From Fibrobacterales bacterium (lineage in GTDB: Bacteria; Fibrobacterota; Fibrobacteria; Fibrobacterales; JAOPTW01), in NCBI GenBank assembly GCA_051532035.1, contig JAOPTW010000003.1, positions 19,708 through 54,206 on the forward strand: a stretch of DNA of 34,499 bases. The letters are read 5' to 3'. Under the pieces are notes generated by a model, which was not told where the DNA came from, made no database searches, and saw nothing but the letters and a program-made list of their open reading frames with translations. Below, in pieces: positions 8,810 through 17,850 of the stretch. The position numbers were made by a program, and so were the translations under genes. The first letter of the stretch is position 1; the number at the start of each line of letters is the position of its first letter.

Positions 8810-10015
8810 TTAATCACTCAACATGGAATTAACAATATCAACGGGTGTATCACTGTGCATTGAGATGCCCGGGTGAGCATACCAAGAGCCACCCGTGTTG
8901 TTATGGAGATGAGAATTCTCGAGAACAATATTTCCTGAGTGATCATTTGATACAAAGAAAATTCCCGAGCCAAAAGCAATGACACTATTGTTGGTTATCT
9001 CACTCCCGCAAAGGGTGAGGGTCATTGTCTGCCCATCGTTATATATGGCTCCTCCGCTCCCTCCACCAGGGGTGCCTTCTTGTGCAGGGTTCCCTCCATT
9101 ACCTGTAACATAGTTATGAGAAAAAAAAGAATTAATAATTGTCCAGCTCACGCCTATGCTTGAGAGTGCACCACCATTTGAAGCGTAATTCGCAAGAGAA
9201 TCTGCACCACCAAAAAGTGAATTAACTACATACACGGGTTTGTTTTCAAATTGACTGAATACCCGAATTGCACCTCCACCAACATCAGGCCCTAATTCCT
9301 GAGCGGTATTATTAAAAAATTGAGAATTAACCACTTTGAAGCGACCTCCACGCACCCAAATGGCGCCCCCTCCATCATACTCACTTTCATTGCGGGCATT
9401 TCCATTAATAAAGGTGAGGTTTTGTACCGTTAACTGTGGATGATCCTGGTTTTGACAATGTGCAGTTGTCCACACTTGCTCTGGGTCACAGGTATTCATA
9501 TAGAGAATTCTACTGGTGCCAGAGCCACTGAGAGTAATAAGTCCACCACCATCTATGATCACTTCGGGGGATGCGTCATTTACCACTTTTGCAGGTTCGG
9601 TAAGTTCAATAGTATGAGCCTCGCTCCCACAGTCAAATACTATAACTCCTCCAAGCGAAACGGCTTTAATAAAGGCATCTGCCGAACAACTTTCAGGAGT
9701 GCCATCTCCTACAACTCTATTAGGTGAGTCTATTGATTCTTCCTGTGCTTCCACGGGTATTGTACACGAGGTGACATGATCACTAAACCGAGCGTTGAGT
9801 ACACTTTGATCTACATCTGTAGGCTTCGCAGTGATGTTTGAAGAGTATTGTTCTATTGCATTAGAGGACAGTTTCGATAGTTGCACCGAAGAATATTTAC
9901 TGGTTTGTGATGATGATTCTGTATCTGTTTGAGCTGTACCTGCTGTTGATGACGTGCACCCGGTAAGAGGGATACTGTATGTAATAGATAATAAAAGAAT
10001 CACTAATATTTTCAT
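8810..10015 (-). CDS. Lipoprotein with pectin-lyase-like parallel beta-helix (GGAI/FxxN Pmp-type repeats), function unknown
   Basis: Lipobox LTGC and a Ser/Thr linker, then repeated GGGAIW, GGGAIR, GGALS and GGAIYN with FxNN/FxxN motifs. Cys-containing VGDGTPESC...FDCG and MNTCD...HCQNQ segments. Confidence 0.75.
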   Translation of the reverse strand: MKILVILLLSITYSIPLTGCTSSTAGTAQTDTESSSQTSKYSSVQLSKLSSNAIEQYSSNITAKPTDVDQSVLNARFSDHVTSCTIPVEAQEESIDSPNRVVGDGTPESCSADAFIKAVSLGGVIVFDCGSEAHTIELTEPAKVVNDASPEVIIDGGGLITLSGSGTSRILYMNTCDPEQVWTTAHCQNQDHPQLTVQNLTFINGNARNESEYDGGGAIWVRGGRFKVVNSQFFNNTAQELGPDVGGGAIRVFSQFENKPVYVVNSLFGGADSLANYASNGGALSSIGVSWTIINSFFSHNYVTGNGGNPAQEGTPGGGSGGAIYNDGQTMTLTLCGSEITNNSVIAFGSGIFFVSNDHSGNIVLENSHLHNNTGGSWYAHPGISMHSDTPVDIVNSMLSD

Positions 10016-10119
10016 CGAAAACCATTCCTCAAGGTGTGTCGTTCATATAAAATAGAAATATATTTTACACTATACAGAGAGGGGACTGAACGGATAAGAA
10101 AATGTGTTGAACGGTCGGT

Positions 10120-11871
10120 CTACAGTTTATTGATTAGAGACTGATTGCCGTAGGAAAGGGCTATCCATGAATCTGAGCGTACCACTGATGAGACTCTGAA
10201 CTCATCTATGATTCCATCATAATTCTCATTGAGTATTTCGCTTGATCCAAGATAAAAATGAGCGATTGAGCCTATAGGCTGTGTAGCGTCTGTTTTGTGT
10301 AAGACCATTTCTCCGTTGATATAGACCTTCATATCACCGGTAAGTCGATTGGCAGTAAATACATAGTAATTCCAAGAGTCTTCCCAGAATGTAGAAGCAA
10401 TTTCACCATCAAGGCGATCATATAGTAAGCCATCTGAGCGAACATAGTGATTGAGCGTTCCCACATCCCAATAGACGTGATTGTCATCCCAAGGAGCATG
10501 TGCAGTGAGTATTCGTTCACCTTCAGAATCAACCGCTTTGAATAGGTGATCTTGTTGGGGCTGTATTTCACCATCACCATAAGTCCAAAGGGCAATGGTA
10601 ATTTGGTCTGAGAGCGGTGTGAAATGTGCTGTAGGGATTATCACATAGTCTTCTCCTTCAAAATTGATGCCCTGAGAGATGATTCCGGGTACTGATTGTA
10701 TGCCCTGGTGTGTAGCTGTGTCGTTATGCGTTGCATCAGAGAATGGGGTAATACTATTACAGTGCCAAACACTCAAAAAATCTTGGTCAGGTGAAAATAC
10801 CGTATTGCTCGTACTGATATTTTCCACAGAACTGTTCCCCCAAGCAAGAGTAATGGGCATAGTGCGGTCTGGCGAAATAAGTGGAATGCGAACCCATAAT
10901 TCTGCAACTCCCTCTTGGCTGTCCCAATGGGCTATTTCGTGATTGAGTGGGACCAACCCGAGAGTATCGAGTGAAAACCTGATGTCTTCACCATTGAGTT
11001 GTGCTGTTGAGAAATCAATGAGTGAGGTGTCGAGTCGCACCAATAAGGGGAAGTCTGATACGGGTTCGCTAATGGGTATGCCGGATTGTGTAGTATTAAT
11101 TTCGAGTTGTATGTGATGTGTCCAACTGCAGGTGCCAAATGAAGCACAGGCGGTGAGGCTACAATCTACAGCATCTGGTATACATTGTTCAGGGAGAGTA
11201 TCGTGTGGTTGGTCAGAAAATGATACGAGAATAAGGGTATCTCCTGAAATAATTTGTACTGCAGAATCAAGAAGGGGCTGAGTGTTTTGAGTAAGTGAAT
11301 CAAAAAGGAGAAGAGTAGTGAGCGTTCCTGCCGGAATACCGTCTAATTGGAGTATGGTGTCACCTTTGTTAACCTGAGTATAGAGGAGTGTTCCTGGAAT
11401 ATACGCTAGTCCTCCTGTTTGTATGAGGGAGGTATCCAGAGGGAGCGAGAGGCTACCTGCTTTAGTCAGAGTATCGGTCAGAGTAACCGTCGAATCCTGA
11501 GCTATGGCTATGCGAGGGGACGCAGCGGTGTAGTGTTGTAAAGTGTCGAGAAAGAAAAGGCGGTAGGCGCCTTCAGGGATATCGGTAAACCGAAATAAAC
11601 CTGTGCTATCAGTGTCTGTTCTGAAGAGGAGGGTGTCTGATGATAACGGAACATAATCATTATCAAGCAGGGTGACTTGCGCGGCGCGAGCTGCAATGCC
11701 ATTTTGTGTATAGAGCGTCCCTTCTATAGTGGTGGTGGTATCGGCAGTTATAGGGTTTTCTACTTCAATTGACCCTCCTTTAGATACATCGGTACTCACA
11801 CTACAGTGCATTAATCCAGACAAAGCGAATATACAGAGAAGTAGGCTTGCTCTATTATGAGTCATTATCAC
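10120..11871 (-). CDS. Lipoprotein: carboxypeptidase-regulatory-like domain + DUF2341 + LamG/concanavalin A-like domain
   Basis: Hydrophobic signal ending LMHC. TDSTGLFRFTDIPEGAY prealbumin-like fold, FPLLVRLD..DFS..NGEDIRF..HEI..WD..AELWVRIP (DUF2341), and KVYING...YDGIIDEFRVSSVVRS (LamG). Overlaps the upstream gene by 17 bp. Confidence 0.85.
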   Translation of the reverse strand: MIMTHNRASLLLCIFALSGLMHCSVSTDVSKGGSIEVENPITADTTTTIEGTLYTQNGIAARAAQVTLLDNDYVPLSSDTLLFRTDTDSTGLFRFTDIPEGAYRLFFLDTLQHYTAASPRIAIAQDSTVTLTDTLTKAGSLSLPLDTSLIQTGGLAYIPGTLLYTQVNKGDTILQLDGIPAGTLTTLLLFDSLTQNTQPLLDSAVQIISGDTLILVSFSDQPHDTLPEQCIPDAVDCSLTACASFGTCSWTHHIQLEINTTQSGIPISEPVSDFPLLVRLDTSLIDFSTAQLNGEDIRFSLDTLGLVPLNHEIAHWDSQEGVAELWVRIPLISPDRTMPITLAWGNSSVENISTSNTVFSPDQDFLSVWHCNSITPFSDATHNDTATHQGIQSVPGIISQGINFEGEDYVIIPTAHFTPLSDQITIALWTYGDGEIQPQQDHLFKAVDSEGERILTAHAPWDDNHVYWDVGTLNHYVRSDGLLYDRLDGEIASTFWEDSWNYYVFTANRLTGDMKVYINGEMVLHKTDATQPIGSIAHFYLGSSEILNENYDGIIDEFRVSSVVRSDSWIALSYGNQSLINKL

Positions 11872-12682
11872 CTCGTGATTTTGCCAAAGGGAACATATGA
11901 AAGTTGGTTTGTACTACACGATTAGGTTGGTTGACCTTATCGACTCGCGCCCGAATTTTTTCACGGGTCTCTTGCATAATCTGTTGAATATCTTTTAAAC
12001 AAGCATCATCTATTGCAAGGGTCATACCACTAATATCACGCTCTTTACGGGGAGATTCATAGAGTGATTTATTTGCAAGTTCAATCATCTGACTATGATA
12101 CTGTTTAACTGCTGTTGGGTGTATGGGGATCCCGGATTTTAAATGTCGATCTTTTGTAATAACCAACCCATTGGCATCCTCTTCAATAAGATCGAGTTGT
12201 TCAAGGAGTTTTAACGCTTCTTTAACTTCAGACTCTTTTATGGAAGGGGAAAAGAGTGCGCCCAGTTTGTGCTTGGGGCGTACAGTGCCAGTTCTTACGA
12301 GTGCCCAGAGTGCACTGTAGTACCATTTATGGTAGAACTCGTATTGAGCGGTCTTTATGGTGAGAGATTCAACGCCACGGATAGACTGCATGGTTTCATA
12401 GAATCGGGCCTTCTCTATTTCATCAGTAGATTTAGTAAAATGAAAGAGTGCTTCAAAATAGCGTGCCTCTTTAGGGAGAAGTTTACAGAACCCAATGGTT
12501 TTTGATATTTTTGTTTTTGTTAAGTGGAGCTCTCCCTTGCATACCTTTGAGAGAAAACTTCCATCAACCCCGATACTCTTTCCCATCATTCTAAAAGAAA
12601 TGCGGGAATTCACTTTCTTATTCTCGATGTAAAAATCGTTAAGAAAGTGGCGATAATCATGGTATTCATAGAGGTTAAGCAT
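11855..12682 (-). CDS. TIGR02147 family protein (N-terminal HTH-like region + DUF4423), putative DNA-binding regulator
   Basis: LYEYHDYRHFLNDFY..K...SFR..G..SFLSKV.KG, EARYFEAL..F, FY.KWYYSAL, L.LLEQLDLI, YH.QMIELA..SL, ERDISGMTL and NFHMFPL, at the typical ~275 aa. Confidence 0.9.
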   Translation of the reverse strand: MLNLYEYHDYRHFLNDFYIENKKVNSRISFRMMGKSIGVDGSFLSKVCKGELHLTKTKISKTIGFCKLLPKEARYFEALFHFTKSTDEIEKARFYETMQSIRGVESLTIKTAQYEFYHKWYYSALWALVRTGTVRPKHKLGALFSPSIKESEVKEALKLLEQLDLIEEDANGLVITKDRHLKSGIPIHPTAVKQYHSQMIELANKSLYESPRKERDISGMTLAIDDACLKDIQQIMQETREKIRARVDKVNQPNRVVQTNFHMFPLAKSRGDNDS

Positions 12683-12834
12683 GGCTTGAATATATCTATT
12701 TTAAGACACTATTTCTATGATAAAATCGTGTTTTAAGGGATAAAATTCAAAGTTTGAGTCTAAAGAGCGTTCCCATTGGGATTGTAGAATTTCGAAATAC
12801 TATAGGGCTGAGTGTCCTCTAAATTCTAAAGGAG

Positions 12835-12875
12835 ATGGTAGTAACTGTGGAAAAAAGATCCACAGTTACTACCAT
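12835..12875. repeat. Perfect 17-bp inverted repeat with 7-bp spacer in a divergent intergenic region
   Basis: ATGGTAGTAACTGTGGA-AAAAAGA-TCCACAGTTACTACCAT. It lies between divergently transcribed genes, so it is not positioned as a terminator. Confidence 0.9.
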
Positions 12876-12900
12876 GTTAAGTATCTGTTTACATATATTT
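12874..12900 (+). promoter_or_regulatory. Operator-like ATGTTA-N9-TTACAT abutting a TATATTT putative -10 element
   Basis: ATGTTAAGTATCTGTTTACAT (12874-12894) is followed by TATATTT (12894-12900), about 107 bp upstream of the GH29 start. Confidence 0.5.
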
Positions 12901-13000
12901 AATCAGAGGGAAACTTACATTACTATTACACAGAATGGTACCTGTCCAATAAGGTGATAGGCATTGAAAAAATGCAAGGGCGTATTGTAAGAGGGGGGAT

Positions 13001-15358
13001 ATGAAATTTTTTATCTGTAGTATGGTATTGGTTTCAACGATACTATCGGCACAATATAGTACTGATTGGAGTTCACTAGAACAGCGAGAAATACCTGAGT
13101 GGTTTCCCGATGCAAAATTTGGAATTTTTATTCACTGGGGGGTATATTCGGTTCCTGCTTGGACTGAAAAAGGAAATTACTCAGAGTGGTATTGGGACCA
13201 TTTAGTAAACGGTAATTTTGGAGTGTCGAAGCATCATGCGGATACCTATGGAAATGCACCGTATCAAGATTTTGCCAAAAACTTTACTGCCGAAAATTAT
13301 GATCCAGAAGCGTGGGCTGAGCTTTTTAAAAATGCTGGGGCAAAATATGTGGTTCCCACAAGTAAACACCACGAAGGGTATTGTTTGTGGGAGTGTACCA
13401 ATAAACCAAACTGGAATGCTGTTGATGTGGGGGCAAAAAAAGACCTCTTGGGCCCCCTTACTACTGCTGTAAAAGGTAAGGGTCTCAAAATGGGTTTTTA
13501 TTACTCGCTTCTTGAATGGCACAATGATCAATTTGACTCTGACCTTGATACCTATGTTTCGGAAGTAATGATCCCAGACCTTAAAGATTTGGTAACCAAA
13601 TATGAGCCCGATTTGTTATGGCCCGATGGAGAATGGGATCATGATAAAGCAGTCTGGCACAGCGCCGAGTTTCTTTCGTGGCTCTTTAGTGAATCTCCGG
13701 TAAAAGATCAGATAGTAGTGAATGATCGCTGGGGGCAAGGACGTGCACAGGACAAGGTAGGGTATTGGACTACGGAATATGGTAAGTGGGGCGGTACGAG
13801 TACTACACACCCCTGGGAAGAGTGTCGCGGTCTTGGTCACTCATTTGGGTATAATCAAGTTGAGGGTCCGGAAGACTATTCAACGGTTGAAGAGTTAGTA
13901 CACCTACTCGTTACTACAGTCAGTGGTGGGGGGAACCTTTTGTTAAACATTGGTCCCAAAGCTGATGGTACAATACCTGACGTCATGCAGGAACGATTGT
14001 TGGGGCTTGGTGATTGGTTGTCGGTGAACGGAGAAGCAATGTATAATACCCGAGCACGAATTGATGCGACTCCCGAAATGGCTAATCCTTATTTTACCCG
14101 GTCTAAAAGTAAAGAGTATATCTATGCTCTGTTTACAGCACTGCCAAATGGCTCAGTAATCGTACCTGGAGCTTTTGCCAATACAGGGTCAGAAATAGTA
14201 TTACTTGCAGATACTGATACAACGTCATTAGAGTGGAGTAACACTGCGGAGGGAATTGTTATAAGCGGCCTTGACCAAGTGAGTTCTCTGGGTGACCATG
14301 CATGGGCATTTAAAATCCAGGGGGCGTTGCATGGTGAAACAAAGCTTATTGCACCACAACACATCGACACGCTCGTAAGAGGTGCATTGCACTCAATAGC
14401 ATGGCTATCTCAAGAAGAAGGTGGACAAATATCTCTGTATTCCACGATAGGTAGCAATCAAGAAATTACCAAGGGAGTCATGACTGGATCTACTCACTGG
14501 TCAGAGGAGTATTCTGCCGTCAAAGCATATGATGATAATACAACCACGCGTTGGAGCGCAACTGAGGGACAGGTTACCGATCAATGGCTTGAAATTGATT
14601 TTGGTGAAATGACGACTTTTAATAGTGTAGTGATTAAAGAACATATAGAGTTTGGGCTCAGAGTAGCATCACATCGGATTGAATATTATGATGGGATCAG
14701 TTGGGTTTCGGTTGCAGAGGGCGCTACTATAGGCTCTAGCAAGGAGTATCTCTTTGAGGGAGTGACCGCACAAAAGGTGCGCTTGTATATACCCATGTCG
14801 AGTGTTGAGCCGACCATTGCTGATATACAGGTGTTCAATTCTAATGTTGAGCATATTATCTCTGGTGAAGTTACTGATAATGTGTTAGAATGGGAAGTGC
14901 CTCAATATTTAGCAGACACTTTCAACCTGACAATACAGATTGATGGAGTAACGTACGTACGAAATGTGGTGGTAGTAGATGGCGATGTACAAACAGAGAG
15001 TAGCGAGGATATAAGTAGCGCTGAGGATATCAGTAGTGAGATGCATGGAAGTAGCTCAGGTCAACTGGAGGCTGCTTCAAGTTCTGAATCAATTGAAAGC
15101 TCAGCGAACGAATATTCCTTGGGCGATGGGGAGAATACTGCAGAGATATCAGTGATGAATACAGGGTATATTAATACGAACCAAATCACGTTTCTCAATC
15201 TTCATGAAAAGCGATCGGTTACTGCGCCTCATAATACTCATGAGTATAGACTATTTTCTCTACAGGGAGTGGTTCTTGCGACAGGTGAGGTTACCGATGG
15301 GACCGTATCGATTTCTCAGGCAATACCAGATGCAAGTGTGGTTGTATTGTGGTATTAA
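13001..15358 (+). CDS. Secreted alpha-L-fucosidase GH29 + F5/8 (CBM32-like) + Ser-rich linker + C-terminal sorting-like domain
   Basis: WFPDAKFGIFIHWGVYSVP, TSKHHEGY, LLWPDGEW (nucleophile Asp), VNDRW, WEECRG and GGNLLLNIGP. Signal peptide ILSA-Q and a G-rich RBS. Confidence 0.95.
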   Translation: MKFFICSMVLVSTILSAQYSTDWSSLEQREIPEWFPDAKFGIFIHWGVYSVPAWTEKGNYSEWYWDHLVNGNFGVSKHHADTYGNAPYQDFAKNFTAENYDPEAWAELFKNAGAKYVVPTSKHHEGYCLWECTNKPNWNAVDVGAKKDLLGPLTTAVKGKGLKMGFYYSLLEWHNDQFDSDLDTYVSEVMIPDLKDLVTKYEPDLLWPDGEWDHDKAVWHSAEFLSWLFSESPVKDQIVVNDRWGQGRAQDKVGYWTTEYGKWGGTSTTHPWEECRGLGHSFGYNQVEGPEDYSTVEELVHLLVTTVSGGGNLLLNIGPKADGTIPDVMQERLLGLGDWLSVNGEAMYNTRARIDATPEMANPYFTRSKSKEYIYALFTALPNGSVIVPGAFANTGSEIVLLADTDTTSLEWSNTAEGIVISGLDQVSSLGDHAWAFKIQGALHGETKLIAPQHIDTLVRGALHSIAWLSQEEGGQISLYSTIGSNQEITKGVMTGSTHWSEEYSAVKAYDDNTTTRWSATEGQVTDQWLEIDFGEMTTFNSVVIKEHIEFGLRVASHRIEYYDGISWVSVAEGATIGSSKEYLFEGVTAQKVRLYIPMSSVEPTIADIQVFNSNVEHIISGEVTDNVLEWEVPQYLADTFNLTIQIDGVTYVRNVVVVDGDVQTESSEDISSAEDISSEMHGSSSGQLEAASSSESIESSANEYSLGDGENTAEISVMNTGYINTNQITFLNLHEKRSVTAPHNTHEYRLFSLQGVVLATGEVTDGTVSISQAIPDASVVVLWY

Positions 15359-15407
15359 CACATAGCGGGTAGAGCAGATGTTGGGACACTTATAAGGGAG
15401 AAGTACA

Positions 15408-17669
15408 ATGGTTAGGTTATTCAATACAACATTCATAGGACTCTGTGTATTGACGAATATATCGATTCTCTATGCTGCTATCATCCCGCAATCCGGGCCA
15501 AACCCGATAGTATTCGATCAAACAATTCAAAAAGATAACCTTATTCCATTGATGGCGGCAGGTGCTGAACATAACTCTGAACTCACGGTGCCTGAGTACG
15601 GATATCCGAAACACACTTTTATTAATAATTTTGGTACTGCTACGGGGGCTGATTATCTTAAGTGGTACATCTCGCTTGATGAGGCTGCAGAATATCGAGT
15701 GTATGCGGTTTTAAATTCAGGGGGAGTGGTCCCACTCTCTCTCACGAGCACTCTTGAAGGTGTGGAGTGCAATACAAAAGACATAGGCTGGGATAGACTC
15801 GAGTGTGGTACGATCCAATTGCCAGCAGGAGAGAGCTCTCTGCAACTCAGTAAAGTGAGCGGTGATGGGTGGATTGAAATTAAATCAATAGAACTTATCA
15901 GGGAATCAGACCGGCCTGCATATGAAACACGGATCCAGGCTTTTAAAGCGGATGCCCAGTGGTTCGCGGAATCAAAATATGGTATCATGTTTCAATATGG
16001 TGCATGGGGCTACCCTCAAAGTGGTGATAGAAAAAGTATTAATCAGGGCGCTGCTGATTTTGATGTGCCCGCCTTTGTACAGATGGTACAATCAACGGGG
16101 GCACGCTATGTAATTTGGTCACTCACCTGGTGGCAGTATTGGATGCAGGCGCCGGTGCAATCGGTGGACTCAATTATGGGCCATGGTGACTTTACTGCGG
16201 AGCGTGATCTTGTGGGCGATATTATGAATGCACTTCAGGCTGAAGGAATCCGATTTATGCTCTACTATCACCAGGGCATTCAACAGGAACCCACATGGGC
16301 GCAGCATCAGGGGGTACCTGATGAATTCACTTCAAGAGGCACCGGTGACCGGACTCAATTTTTTGATAATTGGATGACAGTCATTTCGGAACTTGGTGAA
16401 CGCTATGGTGAAAAGCTTGATGGATGGTGGTTTGATGATGGGCTCATCTATTACCCGGCTCCCTTTGAACAATTGGGAGAGGCCGCACGGGCCGGTAATC
16501 CAAATCGAATTGTTGCGTATAATTCATGGATTCTTACCCGAGTGACTGATTTTCAAGACGCTTTTTTTGGTGAAGAATATCATGGAGAAGATATTGCAGG
16601 AAACCCAACCAACGCTGATGGAGTATTTGAATCGGGTTTTCAAAAAGGGTTGCACCATCACTCTATGTTTATGATGGAAGAAGACTGGGGGGTACACGAT
16701 CCCAATCAGCCGATGAATACTCAATCAAAGATGCAGAGTGCCAATGACTGGGTATCGAGCGCAATAGTGCGGAATGTTCCCCTGAGTTTTAATATGCTTA
16801 TGTGGGAGGATGGTACTGTTTCAGAGGCGTCTCTCACTATACTCAAAGGTTTAAAGGCAATGTTTAGTGATCCGGTTGATGGTCTCTATAATAATACTTC
16901 GGAAGATATTGCGTTGAGTGGCACATGGAGTCATGCGACCGCGCGAGGAGCTGGAGACCATGCTGATGACATTCACTATACGGCAACCAATGGAGACTAT
17001 GCAGAAATATCTTTTGTTGGAACGGGAATAGAACTCTTGATGCCCAAGGCTGATAATCAGGGCTTTGTAGAGGTATATATTGATGGAGAACGTATAACGT
17101 CTGTTACTACTGTTGCGGTAGAGTACACCCCTCAACAAAAGGTATTTGCTGATACTCTTTTAGCGTATGGTCTTCATGTGATCAAAATAGTTAAACAGGA
17201 TGGTGAGTATATGCAATTGGATGGGTATATCGTACATGGCGAAGGTGAGTCGACCAGCTCTTCTGAGCAGATTCAGGATATAAGTTCTGAGGCAGGCGTA
17301 TCATCTGTGTCTGAGGTGAGTAGCCAGAGTTCTGATGCATTATCTCTAAGCGACGATGGCATTTCAAGTTCTCAAAATACTCCTGTAAGCTCTCAAGGTT
17401 TTAGTGCGAGCTCTCAGATATTACAGAGTTCAGATGCCCGTACTCCAATTGTCGGCATGCTCTTTAATCAGGCACATTCGCAGGTGGTTTACTTTGTAAA
17501 CAATGGAGTAGATCAAGTACCTGCACTATTAACTCAGGCAAAGAGTTTTGAGGTATATACGGTGAAAGGGGATTTAGTTGCCGCGGGTGAGAGTCGTGGA
17601 ACCTATAACAGTTTAGAAGATGTTTCAGCATTACCGAAAGGTGTATTGTTGATTAAATATTTATTTTAA
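15408..17669 (+). CDS. Secreted divergent GH29/GH107-like (clan R-like) TIM-barrel hydrolase with flanking beta-sandwich/CBM-like modules and C-terminal sorting-like domain
   Basis: WFAESKYGIMFQYG, FDVPAFV..GARYVIW, RDLVGD...GIRFMLYY and YGEKLDGWWFDDG follow the GH29 motif order but lack HWG and KHH. Galactose-binding-like domain SGTW...FVGTGIE...VEVYIDG. Starts 49 bp after the GH29 gene with an AAGGGAG RBS. Confidence 0.75.
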   Translation: MVRLFNTTFIGLCVLTNISILYAAIIPQSGPNPIVFDQTIQKDNLIPLMAAGAEHNSELTVPEYGYPKHTFINNFGTATGADYLKWYISLDEAAEYRVYAVLNSGGVVPLSLTSTLEGVECNTKDIGWDRLECGTIQLPAGESSLQLSKVSGDGWIEIKSIELIRESDRPAYETRIQAFKADAQWFAESKYGIMFQYGAWGYPQSGDRKSINQGAADFDVPAFVQMVQSTGARYVIWSLTWWQYWMQAPVQSVDSIMGHGDFTAERDLVGDIMNALQAEGIRFMLYYHQGIQQEPTWAQHQGVPDEFTSRGTGDRTQFFDNWMTVISELGERYGEKLDGWWFDDGLIYYPAPFEQLGEAARAGNPNRIVAYNSWILTRVTDFQDAFFGEEYHGEDIAGNPTNADGVFESGFQKGLHHHSMFMMEEDWGVHDPNQPMNTQSKMQSANDWVSSAIVRNVPLSFNMLMWEDGTVSEASLTILKGLKAMFSDPVDGLYNNTSEDIALSGTWSHATARGAGDHADDIHYTATNGDYAEISFVGTGIELLMPKADNQGFVEVYIDGERITSVTTVAVEYTPQQKVFADTLLAYGLHVIKIVKQDGEYMQLDGYIVHGEGESTSSSEQIQDISSEAGVSSVSEVSSQSSDALSLSDDGISSSQNTPVSSQGFSASSQILQSSDARTPIVGMLFNQAHSQVVYFVNNGVDQVPALLTQAKSFEVYTVKGDLVAAGESRGTYNSLEDVSALPKGVLLIKYLF

Positions 17670-17683
17670 ATACGTATGGATAT

Positions 17684-17711
17684 AAAAAAGGCCCGCTAGA
17701 AAGCGAGCCTT
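17684..17711. terminator. Intrinsic terminator between convergent genes
   Basis: AAGGCCCGCT-AGAA-AGCGAGCCTT stem with an A6 run on the left, which gives a U-tract and a G-U pair for the minus-strand EEP transcript. Confidence 0.7.
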
Positions 17712-17850
17712 GATACTGTGATGAACAGCTTATATTTAAAAAAAGTGTTTTTATGTTTCGCGGTGCAATCTCAACAGAGGGTGTAGGTATCAATGCAAAA
17801 GCAACTGAGTGAGTCCCTTCTGAGTTGCTCTTCTACAAGGAGTATTACCG

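Noticed and set aside
12955..12980. Possible sigma54 promoter (GGCA...TGCA) upstream of GH29
   Set aside because: The GG to GC spacing is 12 nt rather than the required 10.
14996..15040. Short tandem repeats in Ser-rich linkers (also about 18630-18700)
   Set aside because: They are explained by low-complexity SSSE coding and are not phase-variable tracts.
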